From the NCBI GenBank assembly GCA_964658305.1, contig OZ210885.1:7006001-7070000 (forward strand): a stretch of 64,000 nucleotides of DNA. The letters are read 5' to 3'. The notes under the pieces were generated by a model. It did not search any database. It was not told where the DNA came from and was given only the letters and a program-made list of their open reading frames with translations. The translations under genes were made by a program, and so were the position numbers. Each line of letters begins with the position of its first letter. Positions within the stretch are counted from its first letter, which is position 1. Positions 10,374-21,080 of the stretch are shown here, in pieces. Source of the stretch: Leptogorgia sarmentosa. Its lineage: Eukaryota.

Positions 10374-10687
10374 GGGGCTGTTTATATATGATCCCACTTA
10401 GGGATTAAATGAAGCGTTAAATGATTTTGAGGTATTGAAATGAGTCATTTTATGAAACGAAACAACCAAAGTTAGATCATTTCTGACTCTGGTCAATAGA
10501 AAAGATAAATTTTACCACCAAGTATCAATGCCCAACAGCATTTTTATTATCTGTTTGACATTGAAGCAGAACAAAATCTCAAGCAATCAGGAATTCAATA
10601 CTGTCTTCAAGTCATAAACTTCAATACCTCAAAATCATTTAACGCCTCGTTAAATCCCGGGTAAGCGGGATCATATCAAACAGCCTC
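10374..10687. mobile_element. PIF/Harbinger-type MITE upstream of gene 1
   Basis: ggggctgttt...aaacagcctc TIRs, CTA/TTA flanks, absent from the paralogous promoter at about 20660. Confidence 0.8.
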
Positions 10688-10824
10688 TTACAGTATATCA
10701 TGCAGGTGTTTTGAACTGCGATAAAATAATAAAATATTATTGCTGGAATAAAACATCTGCATAACAGACGAAGATGTTACCAAAGTCTTGAATCATTGTC
10801 AAGCACCTTTTTGCTCAAAGCACT

Positions 10825-10872
10825 TTACGTCAAGAACTCCGCAAGTCCGTCCACGTTTTTCAAGAGTATAAA
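10825..10872 (+). promoter_or_regulatory. CRE-like TTACGTCA and TATA box of gene 1 (paralogous sites at 20792 and 20833)
   Basis: TTACGTCA at 10825 and TATAAA at 10867, 63 nt before the ATG; both motifs are conserved with near-identical spacing in gene 2. Confidence 0.6.
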
Positions 10873-10929
10873 GAGCTTCTTATTATCTCATCGAGACAAG
10901 AAATATTTGGGAATTATAAATGTTTGAAA

Positions 10930-13900
10930 ATGAATTTCCCTGCATTGTTACTGGTGACATTTTCAACGTCCACTGCCCTGGGAACTGTCTTCAAAGACGA
11001 AAAGTCATGTACTTGGAGACATTTCATGAAAACCAGCTTAGGTAACTATTCTTCATATGGTTTTAACTTTCCTATGCTTTGCACTAAAGACCAAGTCAAC
11101 CTGGCGGGTATTATAGATCCAGCGGCTAAATTGCACTTATAGTATGGGCGTAATAATTAAGGTGACCTTCGGTGGTAGAATGTTTCTGTGGACGAAATTC
11201 AAGTCCAATCGGTCGGGATGTTGGGCATATTTGACTTAACTAAAAAAATCATTAAAGTACTGCTATGTCAATTACTGAGCAGAAAGGGGGTCTTTTTTGC
11301 AAACGAGATTTCTAGATAACAATTTATTATAATAGCGCGGAATAACTTTGTGACTGCTATAAATAAATATGTTTCATACATATATGTTTGTCGCGAATCT
11401 TATTTTTAAGCTCACTATCGAGATCAGGGCGTTATTATTATTTAATATATGGCAAGCATTTGTTTTGGCGAATGGCGCAATCTGATTGGCTGCTTACTCG
11501 GCAGGATTTTCACGCAATTTTTTATATTTGCCCTATAGGAAAACAATCACAAAAAACTTTCAAATTCAATGAAATTTTATTTATTTAAGTAAAAAAGTGT
11601 TAAAATGAGCGACGAAATAAGTTAAAAATAGGTACCCAAGTGTACATGTATCTGCGCCTATGTAGCTTGGTTACCAGCGATGTATAAAATGATTTATTGC
11701 CAGGAACAGGCGAATAGCGCAAATACTTATTTCTTTTTTGACGTGAGGTTTTGCATGGTTAAGACGTGAGACGTATTCAATACTTGATATAAGCTTTCTC
11801 GCATTCCGGAATTCGCGCGATTCATATCAAATTGCATAATGAATTTAAACTTGACGAAATATGATATCGCATTTTATGCTATTGCGTCCTTAATACTTAA
11901 TAGACAGCGCTTTGCGATTGTTTGTGAAAAATGTGGCTTACTAAAAACCAAATTTACTCTTTTCAAAACCATATTATAATAATATATTTATATGCGCTAT
12001 ATTCTATCCATTCATGCAGCATTTGCCTAGACGCTCAAGTGTATGATGGGTATGCATGCGCGTAGGTTTAAAACAGAATACTTGAAACTATATATGATTT
12101 CGTTTGTTTTGTCTCGCGCTTAACAAACGCGTTTCATTACAAGCTACAAAATCTATTTTCCTGGGATTGAATGTTTCAACCATTCTGTATGGCGAAGCGT
12201 CAAAATATAGTAGATATTCCGTGATCACAATGACAACGCGTGCAGTCCAAACATGTACAAATGTGTCAGTGCTGACTGCTGACACGCTAAAGTATCGTAG
12301 GGAAAATATACGAGCAATTTTGTCAAGACATAAACCTCTTCATAACGTGTATAATATTCGCTGTGCGAATAATGTGTAATATTACCGTGTATTAAATACA
12401 ATGTATAATTTGCGTCATGATATTTCTGCTTTGATGATCTAAATTCCATAGCAAACCTCTTTAATATCTTTAAAAGCAATGCCAATGTATGATTTGCGTC
12501 GTGATATTTTTGCGTATCTGCGTATAAATCTGTGGCACGCAGTGTCTCATTTCTATCCTACTTTTGATATCCAAACAACCCGTAAGACCTGCTGTAATTC
12601 TGTCATGTTTACCCTTACCAGATCAAGATATGTCTCCGTATAAAATGGCGACAAAAGTAGGATGGAAATGAGAAAAAAGTACAATATTTTAAACGATTTA
12701 CCAAGCAAGCTTCGAAGTTCGGAGTATTTGCAAATGGCGGGACATCAGAATTCAGAATCGACATGCGAAAAGCTCTGCTCTGATTGGGTACAAGCTAACA
12801 GCGCGAAGCTCTGATTGGCTAGAAGCTAACAGCACGAAGCTCTGATTGGCTGCAAGCACGGTTACAGTTACAGTTACAGTTACAGCTAACAACACGATAG
12901 CAATATATCTGCGTCACTACGTCACGCAGATACAAAAACATGTTTGAACATTGTGTTCTTTTTTTTGGTAGCCAATAACATTTTAGAGAACAATTTTTGC
13001 GACCGTGCAGTATCCTCCAGTACGGATCTCACACTCAGTCAATGAAATATATGTATGTCCAGAAAGTTTGGTATTGAATTCTCGAATATCAGTTGTAGCA
13101 AAACTACACAGCTTTATTCTTTTTATATATCACTCTAGCAATTCAAATGTGTTTGCTTCAGGGGCGCACGTACGTCAGGCATGAATGTCGAGTCAACACA
13201 CTCCCTTAATTCAAAAGATTGAAAATTTCAATCTTCAACAGTTTGAAAAAGAAATCAGTCTACTATATATTATTGAATTTAGAGTGAAAAATACTGTCAG
13301 TGGATAAAGACGACTGAGAACCATTTCAATCTTTGTAAAGATTAAAAATTTTAAGTCAATCATATTGCTCAAACTTCGCGTGTGCGGCAATAGCAGAATA
13401 AGCTTCTTTGAATCGAAAATCGATTGAAATTTGATTGAAAAGTCACTCTTTTAGATTGATTTTTTTTCAATCGCCCATAGAATTGATTTTCAATAGAAAA
13501 AGTTTGGTCCGTAAAAACAATCCTAAAGAGATTGTTCTTACGGATAAATAGATTGAATTTTCAATCGTTGGAATTTAGAGAGCAGCGTTTTTGTTCTTTG
13601 TCAGGAAACCAAGCACTTCGTCCATCAAACTTGATCTCAAGTCACAACGTTCATCTTTTGGCAGAATGTCATCTTCTCTGTGTAAATGCAAGCAATTGCT
13701 ACGGTTATAACTTCAGAGTCAGACCTAGCAGTGTTAATACAGCCAACTGCCAGTTGAGTAACAGCTCCGTGAAAATGAACGGTACAGAGATGAGAAATGG
13801 GTCTTGGATTTTCTACGAGGATGTTTTGGTAAGAATATATCAGTGAATCAAGACATATTTATTCAGCCGAGACGATTTTGAGCATAGGCATTTTGCTTGC

Positions 13901-16900
13901 TTACGCAAGGAAACAGTAATCAACTGAATTTTCCGTAGTTGTTTGAAAATACTACAGTAGCAAGCTATGACAAATAGTCTGCTCAGCCAATCAAAATGAT
14001 GAATTCGGAACAGCATAGTACAAAAAAAATCGCACGTGAGATTAATTAGTAGAGCAAAAAAAACTTTTCGAGCTACGTCCTTCAAATAAGAGTTACTATA
14101 TCTAAAGAGGAATAACTCATGTTGATAGAATATTAATAGATGTATCCAAGTTTCAATTCCAAGTAGCATTTATTGCAATGCCTAAAACTAGGCAGTGAGG
14201 TCAACTGAACATGTAACTTGAACACATTACTTATATTTATTTGTCTAGAAATTGTTAAGCACAGAAAATAAATAACAGACCGAAACATATCTATGCACAA
14301 AAGCGTGCACCCCCATATTTGGGCTCTGACCGTATTTCATGCCTCAGTGTGTAGCTACTAAAAATTCTTACGCAAAATTCTATCACATTGTAGGTCACTG
14401 AAGGTAAGCGAAAATTATGAATTACTGAGGACTCTTTCCACAAAGGTAAATACGTGACGCTCGTGCAATAACCACATGAGAGTGACATCTAATTTTGTGA
14501 ATACAATTACTTTTTATTGCGTTTCTTTTATCAATCATAAAAGTTTCGATTCAAACTACATCAAGCGGGGCGACATAGAGTGCCCTGGCTTGTTCCAATA
14601 ACCAAAAAGGGTACTGTTTTGATACTCTATTTTGAGCTTTTTAATCATTGTTTCAGGTTTCAGCTGCCTAGCTGAGTTTTGGGCAGTGACCTCTAAAGGC
14701 CCGTTTACACTTGCAACTTCCACTTCAATTTTTATTGTGATTTTCTGCTTTTGATGGATGTTCACGACGGAGACATGCACTCAGCACATTCGTTGTTAAT
14801 CCGCTCATTCACATCCATCAAAGGGAGAAAATCGTATTGGAAATCGCCGCAAAAATCGCAAGTGTAAACGAGCCTTAAGTTCACTCGCTCTTTGGCCGGA
14901 TTCTATCTCCTAAAGTTCAATTATTTCAGACATTGACGAATGCTCACAGGGTAGCCACAGATGTCATTTCAATGCAACATGTATCAACACTCCAGGTTCT
15001 TACGACTGTCAGTGTAGAAGTGGATACACAGGAAATGGCCGCACTTGCACAGGTATTGGCATATGATATTTGTAATGGAAATGTAACTGGTTCCAATACT
15101 ATAATGGAACATGCATGATGTATTATAACCGAAACTACCTTTCTGACGGCATAATCTTAAATTAAAGAATGAGCTCACTAATTTTTGTGTATTACGTTAG
15201 ATATTGACGAATGTCTGGACAATTCCACACATTGCGACTCGAATGCAAACTGCACAAATACTGACGGTTCATACAAATGTAAATGCTCTCAAGGTTACCG
15301 AGGAAATGGACAGAATTGTACAGGTAACTATCTTGGCATCTTCGGCAAAGTTCCACTAAAAATTGAAACTGTCAAACAGCAAATTTTTCAGACATTGACG
15401 AATGCTCTGAAGGCAGCCATGGCTGTCACGCTCACGCTGACGCAACCTGTAACAACACTCAAGGATCATACAACTGCACATGTCCCAGTGGAAAATATTG
15501 CCAGAATCTCAAAGGTGATTTATTTCGTCGTGAAACGATGTATTTCAGTTTTGTTTGGTGTGACGTGTAGACTGTGGAGACCAGTGGCGAAGCTAGCCCG
15601 AAAATTTGGTTATGTTCATTCCTCTAGAACTTGATTGTTTTCGCGGTATTTAAGGCTTTGTTACACAACGGATTCTTACAACTTGCAAACCACGTTTACT
15701 GTTGAGAGATGTGAAATTAGCTAATGTCTTCGCTAGATTTTATTTAGGAATTTTTTACAATACAAACAGCCTTCACTATTATTGACTTCTTGCAACTGCG
15801 TCGCAAGCTGCGAGAAATATTGCAACGTGTGACAGGGCATTTAAACGCACAAAAAATTGCATACCATGACCAAATCGTCGGTCTGCACGGCTTCACAACT
15901 AGCGGAGATGTGTTTTCATGTCTACAATGATTAATTTGACCCTATACAAAAGTAATATATCAATCAACAGTAGCGCTGGAAGGTTGACGATGGGTAAATC
16001 GGCAAAATGGGGAGAGGGGGGACAGATTTATATATACTCCTGTTTACAGACCTTGAAAACAATTGATTTCAATAGAAATTAGTAAAGCAAAAAAAGGAGT
16101 GCACGAATATGATCCCCTCCCCCCCGAATTATCGATCTTCCGCCACTACTGTTAAACTAATGTTAATGTTTTACTATAAGGGCTGTAGCTAGAGCTAGTT
16201 CTTTTGAAATCAGTTGTTATTAATTTTAAAAGAAATCCGTATGCTGTCGTACGTCAACATCGACATCAACACATGAACATAAATCCCCCTCAAAGAAAAC
16301 TAACTATCAATTCCTATTCGACATTGTTCGATTAAATTTATACTCACCTAGACGTGTCAGAGATATTGAAAAATGAAACAAACGAATTCGAAAATAAGTT
16401 GAAAGAATGGTTGCCAAGAGCAGGATATTGGAGCATTTGTTGGCGAGCAACACGCGATGGTTGGGCTGCGAGTACATTTCATTCAAGATGCGATGGAAAA
16501 TCACCGACCTTAACTATCGTTCAAGTTACCAACAAAAATAAAACGTACGTTTTTGGTGGTTATGCTAGTGAGCCGTGGAACACTGACAGTAAGTTTGATT
16601 AATCACTCCATCATTTCGCCGCTGCCGCAGAAAAGAATGCTATGCGGGGTGCTATTATCCCGCTATTGGAAATATTTTGTGAAATAAAACTCGGCTGCTA
16701 TAATTTCTTTCGCTTTTTAAAATAGAACTTGACTGCTCGAAATATAGTTGTTTATATTTGTGTTTTTTAAAGCCAGTTACGTTCTTGTTTTCGATAAACT
16801 TCTGGTTTATTTTGTGTCTGTATTTCGGAAAGAGGAAAGAGTTATCAAACCTAGGCCTCATTAGATTTACTATATACATGCAGGATGTATAAAAGTCAAA

Positions 16901-17737
16901 CTGCCATAGTTTGTTTTTCGCTCAACTTACATCTTGTTCTTTCATACATCTTGCGAACGAAGGTCCGGTTTTTATGCAAATTTTGGGCTAAAACTAATCG
17001 AAGCAGATTATTCCCGTTATTAGCATTTCGGAGCGCATAATTTGCATTGTGGCCTTAGTAGTATCATGCATATTAAGTAAGTACAAGCGCTCGTTTTCAG
17101 ATACTTCAAAATATTAATGGACTTAGTTAAACGTAGTTTGCGAGCATTCACAATGCTGTTGTTTAAAACTTCAAAACACCATTCATCATGCCACAGCGAA
17201 CAATTCCGAAAAGAACATTCATTCTTGAAAACTAGAGCCATATTCACTTGGAAACTTACACTTCTTTGTGAATGACTCCTTATACACCCTGCATACGACA
17301 GTTCGCTGCCCGAGTAATCGCATATATATAGTACGTTAAGAACCATTTTAATAAAGCGATAGTTCGTAAGTTTGAGATAAATCAATATTTTATTGCTGAC
17401 AGGGTTTATTTTTACAGGTGGTTATGGATCTGCTCCAGGATCATTTTTGTTTTCCCTGCGCAATAAAGATGACCTTCCACCATTCAAGGCTCCGCTGAAA
17501 TACCAGAATCACGAGAATGCACTTTACTGCTACAGTACATATGCACCAACATTTGGTGGTGGTCACGACTTGCACATTGCCAACGATGCGAAATCAAACA
17601 CCAAATCCTACACCCATCTTGGTTACTCCTACCGAGTTCCATCCGGATACACTTACGGCCAAGCCAACACACAATCCCTCCTGGCAGGAAGCTATCACTT
17701 CACTCCATCAGAAGTTGAAGTGTTATATTTAAAATAA
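10930..17737 (+). CDS. Gene 1: predicted secreted protein, signal peptide-PAN/Apple-3x Ca-binding EGF-TLDc, 423 aa, 8 exons
   Basis: Exons 10930-11041, 13605-13828, 14394-14403, 14930-15052, 15201-15323, 15392-15514, 16352-16588, 17418-17737. All introns are GT-AG and the total of 1272 nt is in frame. Motifs: [18 protein letters not shown] signal; [17 protein letters not shown]...NCQL PAN; DIDEC...CxNTxGSYxCxC cbEGF; WRATRDG...[10 protein letters not shown]...VFGGY...SFLFSL...PTFGGGHDL...EVEV TLDc. Confidence 0.9.
12771..12885 (+). repeat. Short tandem repeats (31-bp GCTCTGATTGGCTAGAAGCTAACAGCACGAA x~3 and GTTACA x4) inside an intronic repeat
   Basis: Read directly from the sequence. Confidence 0.75.
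14698..14874. mobile_element. PIF/Harbinger-type MITE in gene 1 intron 3
   Basis: ggcccgtttacacttgc...gcaagtgtaaacgagcc TIRs. Confidence 0.75.
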
Positions 17738-18761
17738 AAACCTACTTGTTGTACTACTCCATAAAGTAAATAATTTTACAAATAAGAATGAGATACTGTA
17801 AAGTGTAAATGCCGTTTGGGAATGGAAACAAATGCTATTGTAGTTGCTTTATTGCAATATTGTTGAATAAATATTACTCATGAATAAACTTCGTTTAATC
17901 GTTTTATATAGCTACGTGATGATATTATAGGTTTATTCAATAAATTTACTTAATTATTAATAAAATTGCTTCAAGCTAATTCAATATGTTGATAAGCCAT
18001 TAAATGTCCGACGTGAAATGATCATGAGCACAAAAACATTCTGAAATTTAGCCACTCAGGTTTTAGTAATTTTGCCCTCCTTATGCATGATTAGTATAGG
18101 AAATTACACGGACCACACGGTTCGAGAAGTATTAATGAAATCATTTCGCCAAACACAAGTGCAATTTTTCATTAATACTTCGAGAACAAGTGTAATTTCG
18201 TATTAATATTAATGTAGTACACGTTCACTAAACTTTTTTGTCCAAAGTTGACAAGAAATGGCGGGGGAAACAAGAATTTTAGCGTTGATAAGCGTTTATT
18301 TATTTGTTTTTATAATGTATCGCGGGCTCGAAACCGTGCAATTAAGTTTAATTTGCACAGTTGTTGAAGCTTTTTAGCCAATCAGCGTCCAGGAAATTGA
18401 CAACAATGATATTAGATCTGAAATCAAGTGCGTGATTAGAAAATTTCACAACTATACTCCCTATACTCCCCATGTCCTCACTAGTGAAGATATAAATCAC
18501 GTGATCATTTCCCGCCAATAAATTTATTTTAAAATAAATTTGTTTGTCTAAGAGCGGCAATTGCCGGCGAACCATATTTTATCTTTGTTCAAAGAAAAAA
18601 GAACATGTTTTTGTCGAGAAAATGAAAATATTACGAGTAATACTAAACTGATGCTCAGGTATTCTTTGCATTTAGATAATTTGATGTATTTGATAAATTC
18701 AGCATTATCGATCAAAAATTAATTTTACGACGTTTACGACTATAGCTACAATAAAAAGAAA

Positions 18762-18897
18762 ATTACACGGCGGTGCGAAGATATGGATTTTATCTTCCCG
18801 TGCTAAAATGATGTTTTACTCATTCGCTGCGCTCATTCGTAAAATACTGTTTTTGCCACTCGAAGATAAAATTCATATTTTAGCACCACCGTGTAAT
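18762..18897. repeat. Fold-back hairpin with TC/TC mismatches and TGC (GCA) triloop
   Basis: ttttac-tc-at-tc-gc-tgc-gc-tc-at-tc-gtaaaa core, with outer arms attacacgg...ccgtgtaat. Confidence 0.8.
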
Positions 18898-19096
18898 ACC
18901 CTCTATTTATTCACTTTTAGCAACGTGTGGAGATAGGCTTGTAACTGATGATCAGGATGATTAGCTATATCTGCTTGGTTACATCGAAACAAAACCAGTA
19001 AACGACTAAAATATTAGTCACTCACAATCTTTGGCAAAATTATTTAAATTATTATAATGCGTATACTCAATGCTACTGCTGTCAATCTATGCAATA

Positions 19097-19248
19097 CAGG
19101 GTGTCCCAATAAAGCCCCAAAAATTGTTAGAATTTCAATTTTCAGAATTTCTCATTTCATGCATTCTTGGGTTGAATTAATCGTGCTAGGCATTGATTTC
19201 TAACAATAGATTATTTTTAATGGTGGCGTTTTTCTTGGGACACTCCTG
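19097..19248. mobile_element. Tc1/mariner-type MITE
   Basis: TA-cagggtgtcccaa...ttgggacactcctg-TA. Confidence 0.7.
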
Positions 19249-21080
19249 TAGAGTGAGGTGACCACCGTGTACAGGCTAGTTTACACCAACAAATTTTATT
19301 TGACAAATTTTCTGTGACAAGTCTACTTGTTGAAAAACTGGCATGCCAGTTCTTAAACATTGAAGTACACTTGTCAATGAAAATTTTATCATTTTTTTTA
19401 ATTCACACCAACAAATAAAAATTATTAAAGACGAACTTGCCAAATAAACTTGTTGGTGTAAATGAGGCTTACGAAGTTGAAACTATAGTGACGCCGTTAA
19501 TATTTCGCTAGAATGTTTGGGTTAAAACTTTTAAAGCGCTGAACACCGGTAAATGAAAAATGTCCGACTGCCGTCTACGGAATCGATATTTGCAACGGCA
19601 ACCGTGTTTACACAACGCCATCTGCCATTCGGTATTCACCACGGCAAAAGTGACGTTTTTGAGCCCCATTTTGTTATTCTTTTGCGCCGTTTTTAGATCG
19701 ATGAGGAGTTGTCTAAAGTCACGGTAGGCTAAAGTCTTCAGGTTAGTCTGGATGGAAATTTTTACCTAAAATTCTTTATTTTTCTCCACATGAAAAAATC
19801 AATTAACTTCTTGCTATGCTTTAAAATATTCAAACAGGTAAGCTGTTTCGTTGCAAGCAGTATATAGCTACACTTAGGTGGCATGAAATTCATACAGCTA
19901 GTAAAACCGATCAGTCACTGTGGTTGAGAAATTCACTTTGTAAAAAATTGTAAAAATGCTATATGAAAGACTAGAACGGTTGAACATGAGTAATTTCGAG
20001 TTGACAATCTTCAATTAAACTTAATTTATTTAATAAATTACATCAATTACACAATTTGTCTTCATGTCTGGCCTCAAACATAAGTTCGGGTAAATATTTT
20101 AATGATTGTTATGTATTCGAATATTTTAAAACATAGCAATTCAATTTATGAGCAGAGTTTGTCTGTCAAGCACAATCGTTTTGATCCTGTCCTGCATGTA
20201 TGTATTTCACAACAAACTCCCTAAAACAGTTTATCTCCTCGATGACTCGTTGTGTCAAGATAATGTGTTGAAAAGGACACTCATTCATATTTGAACGTAA
20301 TGGATGTGAAATTCAGCATGTGAATCTGTGTTCATTCGTGTTTATGTACTATTTTGTTTCTCACGGTGTTTTCATAGTCAGAAATACAAATTATAATCTA
20401 TAATTAATCCTTATTCAAAAGATTTAATTAAAAAGACCGACTGTTGCTATAGTCGGCACTGTGTCCTGACAAGCATGTTGATAAATATTTAAAATGGGAA
20501 ACGCAGTTTCAGGCATTGATAGAGTTAGTATTGGAACCACAAGAAAACCATAACTATCTTTTCCTTTATATTGAGAATCCCTATTATTGTTTATTATTCT
20601 TACATGAAAGTGACACAGCAAAATTAACGATACATTTCAACCTGATTACATAATTATTCTTAGCAGCATTCCGTGCAGGTGTTTGGAAATAAGGCAAATA
20701 ATTATATTATTGCTGGAATAAAACATCTGCATAACGCAGCGACGACGTTAGCAAACTGTTCAATCTATTCCAAGCACTTTTCTCCAAGCACTTACGTCAA
20801 GAACTTCGCAGTCCATCCAAGTTTTTCAAGAGTATAAAAATAGCTCAGCTTATTGGGACGTCATCGAGACAAGAAATAGGAATTCGAGGTTATACATTCA
20901 GGAATTCTAGATTAAGTATCGCAACACTTAAATCGGACAGTTTCGTAACATGGAAGGTTGAAGAGGTCACGATTTATTCAGTTTTCTAAGAGTAAAAAAA
21001 AATAGCTCAGCATACTGGAACCTCATTGAGACAAGAAATATTTTGGTGAATCAAAATTTGAAATTTATCAGTTTTTGAAG

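Noticed and set aside
15185..15634. 149-aa ORF (and 29038-29457) as stand-alone EGF genes
   Set aside because: They are read-throughs of internal exons and introns of genes 1 and 2.
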